Source: Blastocladiella emersonii ATCC 22665 (taxonomy: Eukaryota > Fungi > Blastocladiomycota). From it: 64,000 bases of DNA. The number at the start of each line of letters is the position of its first letter. Position 1 is the stretch's first letter. Location: NCBI GenBank assembly GCA_025594325.1, contig JANHCV010000008.1, positions 620,001-684,000 of the forward strand. Direction: 5' to 3'. This document shows, piece by piece, positions 46,081-57,635 of the stretch. The notes under the pieces are model-generated. The model did not search any database. It was not told the DNA's origin and saw only the letters and a program-made list of their open reading frames with translations. The position numbers were made by a program, and so were the translations under genes.

Positions 46081-46696
46081 TCGAGAAGAAGCAACCCTCG
46101 CCACTTCAAGTTTCCTGCTCACCTTCTGCGGCAGAAGGGTCGGCGGCCCTCGACTTGGGCCATTGCCGTGTCCGTGGCCATCAACTTGGCCATGGTCGAA
46201 ACGGCCGCATCTCGCTCGCAGCTTACCAACGAACGGGTCACGATTTTAGCTTGTGATCAAGGCCGAGCTACACGTCTTCGTGAAGTTGGCAGCTTGTTTC
46301 TTCGTAGCCTTTGAAAAGAAGACGCGGTCCGCTCAAGATATCATCTTCACATTGTTATCGAGCCTAATAAATCCAGAACCGCGGTGACCGATTCGCTGCG
46401 TGACCCGTCCGCTTTTGCGCGATATCTCCGCGCGCGAGTCCGGCCTGACGCGCAAAATGTAGCTTTTTTTGGACGCGTCTTCAAGGCCCTACGAGTCCGA
46501 GGACGTGGAGCTCGGCCTTGGTCACAAGCTAGAATCGTGACCCGTTCGTTGGTAAGCTGCGAGCGAGATGCGGCCGTTTCGACCATGGCCAAGTTGATGG
46601 CCACGGACACGGCAATGGCCCAAGTCGAGGGCCGCCAACCCTTCTGCCGCAGAAGGTGAGCAGGAAACTTGAAGTGGCGAGGGTAGCTCCTCTCGA
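46081..46696. repeat. Foldback/MITE-like inverted repeat, about 200-bp arms and about 215-bp spacer
   Basis: 46081-46280 is the reverse complement of 46498-46696 with few mismatches; weaker pairing continues inward; no clear TSD. Confidence 0.85.
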
Positions 46697-46832
46697 AATT
46701 GATACACATGCACACTCAATCTCTGTTCATTCAATTGCCGCGTCACAGGTTTCGCGCGTCCAGGCGGAAGATCAGACGACGATGCCTCAATCACACCGTG
46801 TCGTAGCCCATCGATGTTGCTTGAAGTCACAG

Positions 46833-47280
46833 CCTCGACCTCTCAGCGTTCCAAAAGGCCGCCCAGTACGATGACGGGTACCACGCGGGACACCCGACGA
46901 TTCGCGATTTTTGGTCCATCGTCCACGCCATGGCGCCCGCGCAGAAGAAGAAGGTGCTCGAGTTCGTCACGGCATCCGATCGTGTACCGCTCAAGGGGCT
47001 CGGCAGCTTGACGTTCGTCGTGCAGCTGAACGGGCCCGACAGCGGCCGCCTGCCGACCGCGTTGACGTGTTTCGGTCGACTGCTCCTCCCCGAGTACGCG
47101 AGCAAGGAGAAGCTCCGCGTCCATCTCTGCGGCCATTTCACTACGGCGATCGAGAACGCCAAGGGCTTCGGACTCGTGTGAGCATTGGGACGAGAAAGAC
47201 TAGATAAAAAAAGAAAGATTGAAACTCCAACGTGGGTGGTCGAGCGGGAGCGGGACGTGTCTCGCAGTGTCTCGCACGCG
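46833..47280 (+). pseudogene. Inverted partial duplicate of the HECT gene 3' end and 3' flank
   Basis: LDLSAFQKAAQYDDGYHAGHPTIRDFWSIVHAMAPAQKKKVLEFVTASDRVP...AIENAKGFGLV*, near-identical to 35127-35463, with a small insertion. Confidence 0.92.
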
Positions 47281-48938
47281 TCACATGTTATCGTGACGCG
47301 TCGCGAGGCGGACGCGGTCGGCTGCCACGTTAGTTATCAGAACTTTCGACCTCGGATCTTCTTCTTAGCTAGGTCGTACGCTTCGCACGTACTCGTACAG
47401 ACAATTCGCGTTGATCACCGCGGCTTCAACCTCCTATTTCAACCGCGGTCGCTGCAAAGGAGCGAGGCCAACGGCCAGTAGGACATGTAGAAACAGAGAT
47501 CATGAGGCGCTACTCTGTACACCGAGATTATATCAATGATGAGGTCGGCTTACACACTCGCTGCGCGAGGACAGCAACAACTCGTGGCCGATCAAGCGCC
47601 CGTTGGACTCCAGCGGAGGCTGAGCCAACCTTTCCCTTCGCTCGTCACACCCGTCCGATCGACGTTAACTTCGACCAGGAACGGAAGATCCTTGGCGTCC
47701 AGAAGATCGATAATTGAGTCGTCAAGCGAGCTATCCGCCAGGTCAAGCGACACAATCGACTGAGGCAGCGTGGGAACAATGCGGGCCACAGCCTCGTTGT
47801 CCAGGCCGCACCCAGAAAGGCCGAGCACCTGGAGCGACGATGCGGCAACTGACATCCACGTCGCGAGCGACTCAACGTCGTTGGGAGTGAGACGAGTGCC
47901 CGAAAGATCCAGCTTCGTCAACGCGAGGGGCGGAAGATTGCCAAAAAACTGGTTGAGATTGCTGGTCGCGCCCTTGAAACCTTGGAGCGAGAGCTCGGTA
48001 AGCGAAGAAGGCATGGATCTCGCCAACCTGACAAGATCAAAGGAGAAAAAATCGCAATGGTTGAGAGTCAGCGACTGGAACCCCAGGGCCACTTGCGCGA
48101 GACGATTCAGCATGGCCACCAGGTCGTAGCACTTGACCGAGTTGTTGGAAAGGTCAAGGCGAGTCAACGTCCGCGGGAGTCCATTCATCAGCGGCTCCGC
48201 GTACTTAAAAAGATCGATATTCACCAGGCTCAGTGACGAAAGCTTGGGCAGAGCGCGTGCGCTGATCGCACACATTGCCGGGAATTCGACCTTGTTCCCA
48301 CCAAGCTCAAGCTCTTTGACGGAATCAGGAAAGGCGTCAATGAGATCGGCCACTGCCCAGTCCGGCATGCCACAGTCTGCCATGCATAGGCGGCGAAGGT
48401 TTCGAGCGAAATGCAAGCATTCGCTCAACGGATCCACGCAATCCCGGGTTATCTTGATCCCCGTGAGGTCGAGGTTGGTGAGTCCAGCCGGTAAACATGT
48501 TGTGACAATTTCGGTCGCAGCTGGCCCGAGCAAGCAGCGGTGCAGGTTGAGGCAGCGCAGCTTTGGCGGGAGACAATTCATGAGCCGGGCAGTCGTAATT
48601 TTGTCAAGCGCATTGTGTGATAGGTCAAGCACCGTCAGCGAATCCGGAAGTTGCGCCAAAAACAGAGCCATCAAGTCGCTGGACACGTTACAGCTGGACA
48701 GGCACAGCTCGCGAAGGCGCGGAGGAAGAATCGTTGCACCAGCGACATCTCCAGCGCGGTCCGCGTCCGTCTGCCCAAACCGATTGTGAGAGAGGTCAAG
48801 CGAGGTGACCGAAGGCGGAAGGCGGAGCTGGAGTGCGCGAGCGACAGTTAGATCGCAAGCGTCGAGCGTGATCGAGTTGACTTGCTGATTGGGCATCGCA
48901 AGGACGTGGTTGAGTGCTGCGATTCCGTTCGGCGTGAT

Positions 48939-51298
48939 CACTACGCCAGCGGCCCAACTTGTGCACGGCGCGCGCGCTCACCAACCGACCAATCAGCGTT
49001 AAGGGTAGTCCACGATTTTATTGGTCGGCTTGCGCCACATCTGACCCCATGACCCGCCCGACGCGCCGCGCCACCCCGATTTAGAATCCGCCAGCTCACC
49101 CCGCACCGCACGCCGGCCCGATCCGCACCGCCGCCGCACGAACACGTTTTCGGCGCCGGAATCTTAGTCAGGCACCGGCCCGAGCGCCGCCGCCGCCGGC
49201 TCGACGACGATCGACGATGACTGGCGAGGGCGTTGGCGAGCGGAGAGGTTCTGACGACGACGAGGACACGAAGTTGAGGACACCGTAGCGGACGACCTGG
49301 ACGAGGAGTGAGGAGCGAGGCACGGTAGTCAGTGATCGTGTTCTGCAAGCGTGAGAGTCGTGAGTGAGTGGAGAGGCGTACATGAGCGCACAGGGCGGGC
49401 GAGCGCGGGGACGGCGGTCGGCCTGAACGAGGAGCGAGGTGCGGTGGTCAGTGATCGTGTCCTGCGTGCGCGAGCGTGAGAGAGCGAGGGGGCGTACCTG
49501 AGCGTGGAGGGCGGACGGGCGCGGTGACGGCGGCCGGTTCGAGGTAACTACAGATGAGCAGGGCGACGTCAGCGTGCGTCGCGGCGGCGCGGTGGACGCG
49601 GACGACGTACCTGGAACGGCCGACGATCAGGGACGCGGTGCGGGCATGGTCGAGATCTACGCGTTGCGAGCGGGCGGGGGATGGAGCGTCAGCATCAGCG
49701 TGGAGCGTGTGGCAGGGAGGGCGAGGCCGGTGCGGACGCGCGAGACATACATGGTGATGAAGAGCGGCCAGCGAGGGCCGCTGTGAGGAGAAGAATGTGG
49801 AGGCAGCGGCGGCCCTCTCTTTATAGCCGGCGGCCGGCGGGCGGGGGCGGGCGGGGCGGGGGTCGGTGCCCGGCGTAGCGGCGCAGCGAGCAGGGTCGCT
49901 CGGCGGGGGTGGATAGCCCCATATATTGCGCCTCGCCGTGTGCACGACCGCCGCCGTCGCTCACCCCCGTCGCGCTTCTCGCCTCACTATCCCTCGTACC
50001 CGCGGCGCCTCGACCCAGACGGCTCAGAAAAAACTCTCACGGACAAGCTTACTCGTATCCCGAGCCCCGCGACGGTGCCCGGCGCGCTCAGTGGCCAGTC
50101 GCGCGCGGCAACGCGGCCTCCAAGCAGCCCGCCCGCGTCGCGGCGACGCCCTCGGGCGCGGGACGGGCGGCGGCGGTAGCAGATGATGCACACGGTCTGT
50201 CTCACGCGTCCGATAGTGCGTGGGTCGTGGTGGTGAGCTAGTAGACGGCCTAGAGCTCGCCGCGCGCGCGAGCCATGGCCATGGCCACGGCCACGGTCAC
50301 GGTCCACCCACCACGCGCTCGGCGCGCAGCACGGCGTCGTCCCGCTGCTTCGCGAGCGTCAAGAGCTACTGCGGGATGTCTGAGCCGCCGCGGTCCTGCG
50401 CCAGCGCGAGTCGCGCGCCGCGGCCGCGATCCGCTTCGCCGCCGCGATGCGTGGAGTGGGGCGGCCCAAGTCGGCCGCCTCGGCGAGCGCGCACAGCAGC
50501 GCGCGTCCGCCAACAGGCTAGCACCCTCTCAGGGAGTCGTGTGCGGTACGGAGCTCACCCCGTCGTCTCGCCACGGGCACGGGCAGCAGATACGTCCGAG
50601 TACGGCTCGACCGCGGCGGTGCGTGCGCGTCGCGAGTGCGAGCGGGCGCCCTGAGTCGGTCCCACGGTGGCGGGCGAGCGGCGCGGGGACCACGTCAAGC
50701 GTCGGGCGCCCTGCGTCGTCGTCGCCCGTCGCCGCGCGCGGCGCACTCAGCTACGGCCGCCGCGGGCGGAACGGTGGCTCCCGCCCGACGCAACAGATGC
50801 ACCGAGCTCACGGAGGCAGGATAGACTCGTGTGGGTGATGAAGGGCTTCGTATATTGCTGGTGCTTCGCGAGCGAGGGCCGCGGCCGACTGACACGGCGA
50901 GGCGAGGCAGCGCCCGCCCTACGCCGGGCGAGGGCCGGGCTGGGCGGCAGCGATACATGAGAGTGCATAGAGTGTGGAGTTGCGTAGACGAAGCGTGTGC
51001 GACCAAGAGGGGGAGCGCGAGAGAGAGGGGAGAGGGGGAGCGGGCAGCGGCGAGGCGGCCGCGGGGCCGAGCAGCGCGGAAAACGCCAAGTCCCGAGCCG
51101 CACTGCGGCAGCCCGCCCTGAAGGGAAACGGAGAGCGAGGGAAAAAGAAAATTGATTTTCAGCCGGCGCCCAGCTTGCGCCCAGCTCACCGCGGCGGTGC
51201 GGTGGAGCGATGTGGCGCAACGCCTGCAGCTCCGCGCGCGCTGATTGCCTGGCTCCCCGGCCGCCAGCTTGTTCACAAGTGGGGCCGCAAGCGTAGTG
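48939..51298. mobile_element. Non-autonomous CACTA (EnSpm/CMC) DNA transposon, 2360 bp
   Basis: Termini CACTACGC...GCGTAGTG, 28-bp imperfect TIR (4 mismatches), 3-bp TSD GAT (48936-48938 and 51299-51301); no transposase recognised. Confidence 0.92.
49822..49827 (-). promoter_or_regulatory. TATA-like box (TATAAA) inside the CACTA element
   Basis: CTATAAA in otherwise very GC-rich DNA, upstream of a series of GT..CTGAC..AG intron-like segments. Confidence 0.35.
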
Positions 51299-51983
51299 GA
51301 TCCGTTGCTGCAAGATTGAAACCGTGGTGAGCTTGCCGCTGCTGATATCGTCCAAGTCCCGGGTAATAATAGCGTCGCCAGGCGCGACGCCGGATTCAGC
51401 GGGATGGATCAAGTCGAGCGCAACTCGCAGGAGCATAGGAACGCTCTCAGCGGGAAGAGTTCCGAGACAGAACTTGCGCCAGAACGTAAGCACGTCTTCG
51501 TCGCCTCGATTGAGCGCCGCCTCCAGCACAGGCACCGGTACACGTAAGTCAAGCCGGTACTCGCGAATTAGCTCCAACAGTGCAACATTGCCACTACCCG
51601 TGGCCTCGGAGGCACTGAAGTTCGGGCAGCGCTGAAGAACCAAGCGGGTCACCTCGGGGGCACGGACACGCGGGAGGACCCGCACATACTCGAGCAGGCC
51701 GCGCGGGTCGCGCGGGTCGTGCATCGCGACGGCGCGCAGAAGAACGTCGGCCAGGATCTCGCTCACGTCGAGTTTGCGTTGCATAGAGTCCATGGGTGTT
51801 TCATTCATTTTGGTTCATGAGCTCGCGTGTGGAGCGGGGAGAGAGCGTCGCGCGTCGTTCGGCTTTTGGAGCCGCGACTCGGTCACCCCAACGGTCAGCT
51901 TCCGCCATGTCCAACTCCGAAATCATAGTCCAGATTATCGTAAAAGATGCTTCGTGTATTCACACTCCAATAGCCCGGATCAC

Positions 51984-53328
51984 TTAACCGATGCGCACGC
52001 CCTTGGGCCTTGCCAGCGCGGCGCGCAGGCCGCGCATCGCGACCGTCGACCCACCCGGCCTGGCACCCGCCATGCGTGTGGATCCCGATCGCAACGTCGC
52101 CGACAATCATGGGCGAGCCAGAGCAACCCGGCTCACTGTCGGCGCGGTGGCCCACATGCGCGTCATCATGGAAGCCTACCAGCGGGCCCGACGCAGACTG
52201 CTGAACTTGCTCAAGCTGCTTGCGGTCCGCGTCGCGCACGGTCCCGTAGCCCGTGACGGTGAGCTTTGCGCCGGCATCGATGCCCTGGCCGGCGGCAATC
52301 GCGCCCGTCGCGTCGTCCACGGTCGCGAGCGTGAAGGCCTGCCCGCCCGCCGCCTCGCGGATCTTGAGCCCCGTGTTCGGGTTGTGTCGCGCGCCAAAAT
52401 ACGCCCAGTCCTCGGCGCCGAGGAACGAGTCCGGCTTCACGCCGCCCGTCACGTTGTACTGGATAGAAGCCGGGTCGACCGGGTACTGGAACTGCGGCGG
52501 CGGATGACGCGTGCAGCCGACCTTGGTGCCCGAAATCGTCACGACCGACGACAGCGGCACGTTCGTCTGGACCACGAGGTCGGCCGCGTCCATGACGCCC
52601 ATGCAGTGGCCAGCTGTGAGCATGCAGCCCGTGCGGTCGTTGATGATCCACGCCGTACAACCAAGAGGGAACAGGCGGGCGACACGCGCGTCGGTCGACG
52701 CCTTGCGCGGGTCCGCGGTGCTGCATATGGACGCGGGCGGCGGCAGGACGATCGGGTCGGCGACGTTGCCGCGCTCGTGGTTGACGACGACCGAGGACAC
52801 GACAGTCGACACGGTGCCAGGGATCGGGAGGACGGGGTTGCTGAGCAGCTCAACCTGGAGCTTGTCGCCGTTGAAGAAGGCCGAGCGGAAGTTCCACTGC
52901 TTGAGCGTGTACGCGTTGAGCCACTGCACCGACCCGTGGAGCAGGTTGGTGATCTTGAGGATGCCGCCCGACTGGTTCTCGCCCGCACCGCGGCGGCCGA
53001 ACAGGTCCATGCGCAGGACCGTGCGCTCCGGATCGAAGACGAGGCGCGACCACTGCACGTTGCCGCGCTTCGGGTCGATGCTGCTGAGATCGACCGTCTG
53101 CGAGAAGAGCAGGGGGCGCTCGCGCGCGGCCGCGTCGATCTTGACGGGGATGTTCTCCTAGCCGAACGAGAAGGGCAGCGTCGTCACGTTGTGCTGCATC
53201 GGGAGGGGGAGCGGCGAACGGCCGCGCTTGGTGGCAGCCGGCGCAGCGTGAACCGCGACGATGCCCGCGAGGATGGCGACCAGGACGATCAGCAGCTTGT
53301 GGCTCTTGAGCAGCATGGTGATCTTCAT
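51984..53328 (-). pseudogene. Secreted trypsin-fold (S1-like) serine protease of bacterial type, intronless; in-frame TAG and a late frameshift
   Basis: Signal peptide (LLIVLVAILAGIVAVHA), TAGHC (His), EDWAYF (Asp), GCSGSP (Ser), GIHTHGGC. TAG at 53158-53160 in frame. The C-terminus reads GLRAALARPKGV* in another frame. Confidence 0.82.
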
Positions 53329-55516
53329 TGCACAGTGGGTCGCGTGCGGGAGCGTCGTTCAACGGCGGGCGCTCGCTCCTCTTTATTTGCCGCGGTCCCA
53401 CGTGGCGAAGCTTAAATGTTTGCTTGTCAAGAAGACGCGCACGCGCGCGCTTTCGATGCGTGCACGCGCACATAGATTCTCCTCGCGCCAATATGGGCCT
53501 CACACAAGACACGTGCTTGATCGACGCGTCCACGATTCCCGTCTTGCGAAAGCGCGAGACACGTTCGCGCGCGTGAGACAGTCACGCTTGCATCACATGA
53601 TGCGCCGGCGCCACATCCGCTCCGTTTTTGCGCCGCGCTTCGACGCTCCAATCCAAGCTCTTCGTCTTGGCCCAACCATGAAGCTATCCATGAGTGAACC
53701 TCATTCTCAGCTGTAGCTTTAGCGAAGCTGAGTTTCTGTTTGAGCAATTGAAACCTATCATAGACATCAACCTGCACGTGAACCAAGCTTCGTCTGCAGT
53801 TCTGGCCCCCGACCCCAACTCTCTTGGTCTAGCTCTCATTCCAAGTCCCCGACTCCCCGCATTGGCCTCAGCTTTGTGTAATAAAAATTCTAACACTGCT
53901 TATTTGACGAGGCGACCTACTTGAAAGTCTTCAAATGTGCGTCAATCTGGAGTGACAGTGGAGCGGTCGGTCGGTGCTGTCTCCCACTGCTGCGCCACCC
54001 GCTGAGCCACACGCTGAGCCACCGCTCTCCGACCCCGCCTGCAGCTCCGTCGCCAACCGTTACGACCGCTTTCGAAGAACAACAATCAGCGCAGCATCAA
54101 GGTCGCGCAAAAATCATTTTGAAACACCCGGCGCAAAATATAGGTCCTCTATTTCCGCTGGTTCCCTTAACTGTCTTTAATCTGGCCGCCCGAACTTCCG
54201 CGCTTCGATCCGCCTTTGTCTTTCTCATTAGGCGCAAAAAAGTCTAGAGTTCGTGAATCGCCTAGTTACCGAGAAAGTACAAGGTCATGGATCTGGGTCA
54301 TCGTTCGCAAGTAAATGATTTCATTGTTGGCGATGGGTAGCGTCTACATGGCGATTACTGAGGGGTAGCGATGACGTGACGTACACATTGACTGGAGAAA
54401 GCTCAACATGCACGCAGCAAGGCGAGAACGGTGCGACGCGAGCCCGAAACATATGTTTCAGGCGGCGAGAACGACTCCGAGGATCCACGACCACGACTGG
54501 ATCCCGCCAGCTAACCGAGCCTAGCCCGGCGATAAAGAAGAAGGCTCAGCAGCGTCAGGCGTGTACGCGCCCACTGCATCATACTGGAAGTAGTCAGCCG
54601 CGAATCATGCTCGACACTGCGTACCGCGTACCGCGTCGCGCGGGTCGACCTGCGCGACACAATTCTTTCTCGCTCCAACGCGTCGTTGACGAGGTTACGG
54701 GCGAGGCGCACATGCGCATCGTTGACGTGATCGACGTCAAGGACTGGCCCTGCGTCAAGATCCCCTTGGGCTCGATCTTGATCGCTGGTCAGACGTCGGC
54801 CGCGTGCGAAAGATCCTCACGGCGACGCTCGTTGCGTTCCGCTCAATAGCCATCGCCCAGAACGCGAGTCAGGGTGACGCCCATACACTGCGGCGCTTCA
54901 CGACGCCGTCCAATTTATCCAAGTTTGTATTAGCCTTCCCGCCCACTGCAACACACCGCGCTTGATCCGTCACGCGCCGACCAGCAACCCAGCGACCGTC
55001 GCTGCCGCGGACCTGGCCTTGGCCTTGGCCTTCTCGTCAGTGGCTTCTTCGTTTGCGAAGGGTGCCGCCGATGCAACCTCGTACCAGTTCGGCGAGGTGG
55101 ATCGCAAGCTTACGAACCGCAACACAGAAAGCACACGGCGGGAACAGGTGCGTGAGGTCGACTGGTTCTTAGACTGCTTCTCATGGACCGGGACCATGAG
55201 CAGGTGCTCGGGCGAACGTTCTCTCCAGCAAGGCTGCGGACGATCCGCGCTCAGGAACAAGGCGGCGTGGGCGGCCGCGACCTTGGCCACGAGGGCTTCT
55301 CCCGCTCCTCAACTTTGTTAACTCGGTTTACTTAACTGGCACGGACTCTCAGGCAGCCAGCGCGACTTGTTTGAGTCCAGCTTCAGTTCCGACCATGAGT
55401 CACGGCTTCGAGTGCTTGCTCAACCGAATATCGTGATTTTCTGCCGAGCGAGTTGTACCTGCGCTGCTGTTCTCATCATCGACACGTCAGACTTAAGCTA
55501 CAGCTGAGACCCAAGT

Positions 55517-57325
55517 GTGTGCGCAGCACACACACCTAGTGCATTGTTTACCCTACCGCCGGAGCTGCAGAGCGTGATCGCTCGGCACCTTGACCCGGCG
55601 GGCGCCCTCGCTCTCCGCGCTACATGCCGCACCGCGGCTCGAGACCACGCGTTGTGGGCCATCCATTCATGGTATCGCGGCATCTTCGCGCTTGCTCGTA
55701 TCGATCTCAGAGCTTTCGATGCGGTCATGCCGCCTCCTTGCTCCGGCTGCAGTGAAAAGAAGCTTCACGCCCTTCGTCACCGCTACGACGTCCGATACGC
55801 CAGCTACTTGCTCGCCCGCATGTTGATTCACCAGGACGCTGGCGAGCACGACCCTCGTTGGGCCGCAGTCAAACGCTGGGCTGGCGGCGTGTGGCAAGTC
55901 GGGATCGGCGAGTACGAGAAGCTCCTCATCGAAGCGTGCCGCGTCCGCTCGCTCTCGGCGCTCGCATACATCCTCGGCTGGATGCGGCGTAACGAACCCT
56001 TCATGAACCACATCCCTACCAAGCGCGACTCGCTTCGCCAGCTCCTTGCCTCACGTTCTAGCATGCTCGACGTGTTCGACGACCCACGCAAGCTCGCAAC
56101 CGAGACCCAGGGACTTATTTTGCGCCACTGGAAGATTCTCGCGGACAAGAACCTGGTCCATATTCTGGCGCGTGGCCTGCTCCTTCAAGGGCGTGCTTTT
56201 TGCCTCGAGTTTTTGCTCAACCTCGCAGGTTCACCCTCGCGAGACTTGATTCAAAATGTCGTTGATGCTCTTCGAGGCGAATCATTTGGACTTCCTGGCG
56301 CACCGCGACCGTGTATCGCGGCTGATCTGCAGGTCTTGGCTTTGGAGCGCCAAAAAAGCCTGCCATTAAAGGTTCAATTCCACGTCGTGTCTGGATTCGA
56401 CTTGGTTCGCGCGCGCGTCCACTTCCTCCTGCCGGCGGCCGAATCCGAGGAACAGGCGGGAATCAACCGCGCGCGGCTTGATTGGATCGCGAGTAATCTT
56501 CGAGCTAGCCCTGCTGACAAAATTTTCCGTGCTGCCATGCAAGCCCGACCAATTCATTCAGTTGAGACCCTCGATGCTTATATTCGCGACCTGCGCTGGG
56601 TCCATCTCTCCCCTCAAGCCATGAGGGAACTCGGCGAGCTTATTCAAAACCTCCGCGACCCCGGCGTTATACTTGCCGGCCTCCAGCGCCTCCCGTGTTC
56701 CCCTGTCGTTTTCCCTGCTTCAAGCTTGGACGATGTGTGCTGGGTGTGGCGAACGACCCCTTGCCCGCTTTCCGAATGGCGCAGCTTTTACCATGACACA
56801 ATAGTGTTTTATCGCTCCGCACACCTCAATATTATCGGACACACGCGCCTGCCACTTATTTACAACGTTTGGTCCGAGATCGTACAGCGTGCCACAGTGG
56901 ATCAAATCCAGCAGCTTATTGACGTGGTCACGCCAGCTCCCGACCTCGACCTGGGCGAATATCCGCGTGACATGCATCCGTTCGGGATCAACGGCCACGG
57001 TCTCACCATGGACATTGTTATCGAATCGGTCGTTTCGCAGGGCGGCGCGCGAGCTGGCGACTTTGCTCGCAACGTGACGCATTTGCGCGGCGAACCGTGG
57101 GTCATGTCGACCGACTTGGCAAAGCGGATCGTCCGTGACTTCAACGCAAACGGGCGAGCGCGCCTGTTCCATGGCATGTGGGACGGGCCCGTCCTGACTT
57201 CCGAGGTCCGCCAAACGCTTGTCACGCTCGCGCGCGAGTGCAGTGCGCCTGTGCTGCGCCGCTGGGCAGACCAGGCCGCGGCGCCCATTCATGTCCCTAC
57301 GACTGGCCATCAAAGTGAATTGTGA
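55517..57325 (+). CDS. F-box protein with uncharacterised C-terminus
   Basis: LFTLPPELQSVIARHLDPAGALALRATCR at the N-terminus; 602-aa intronless ORF. Confidence 0.78.
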   Translation: MCAAHTPSALFTLPPELQSVIARHLDPAGALALRATCRTAARDHALWAIHSWYRGIFALARIDLRAFDAVMPPPCSGCSEKKLHALRHRYDVRYASYLLARMLIHQDAGEHDPRWAAVKRWAGGVWQVGIGEYEKLLIEACRVRSLSALAYILGWMRRNEPFMNHIPTKRDSLRQLLASRSSMLDVFDDPRKLATETQGLILRHWKILADKNLVHILARGLLLQGRAFCLEFLLNLAGSPSRDLIQNVVDALRGESFGLPGAPRPCIAADLQVLALERQKSLPLKVQFHVVSGFDLVRARVHFLLPAAESEEQAGINRARLDWIASNLRASPADKIFRAAMQARPIHSVETLDAYIRDLRWVHLSPQAMRELGELIQNLRDPGVILAGLQRLPCSPVVFPASSLDDVCWVWRTTPCPLSEWRSFYHDTIVFYRSAHLNIIGHTRLPLIYNVWSEIVQRATVDQIQQLIDVVTPAPDLDLGEYPRDMHPFGINGHGLTMDIVIESVVSQGGARAGDFARNVTHLRGEPWVMSTDLAKRIVRDFNANGRARLFHGMWDGPVLTSEVRQTLVTLARECSAPVLRRWADQAAAPIHVPTTGHQSEL

Positions 57326-57635
57326 GCGGATTATAGGATGCAACGGTCCATGAGATAGCTGAACTTCTTGATCAATACACGTTTCGTTTGCTCTCCAACA
57401 TCCTAGCTGTAAAGCCCCGCACGATGTTAGTCGTGCTAACTGAGAGGTGCGTCGACCTGATAAAATACCTGTCAGTCGGAGCAACAAACGGCCTGAAAGA
57501 CAACGCTCGCGCTCGGCTCGCGTTGCGCCACAGCCAGGCATCACGTGAGCGCTCGAGCAGCACGCCACGCAGAGTTTGTCTCGCCGCCTCTGCTCCCGCT
57601 GCTCCGTTCTCGAATGGAAAACATCACGTAAACAA

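Larger units (their letters stand above)
47592..51808 (-). pseudogene. LRR protein copy 3, split by a CACTA element
   Basis: N-part 51808-51299 ends ...SILQQRI; C-part resumes TPNGIAALN. Removing 48939-51298 plus one GAT restores the frame and matches AQKRITSSGIAALN of copy 1. Confidence 0.92.

Noticed and set aside
46520-46660. Acyl-CoA dehydrogenase-like 'TMAKLMAT' in the foldback arm
   Set aside because: Too short, and the downstream GGxG motif is missing.
53400-55500. Short ORFs (53427..53786, 54376..54849, 54962..55321) as TE or gene remnants
   Set aside because: No recognisable motif or internal homolog.
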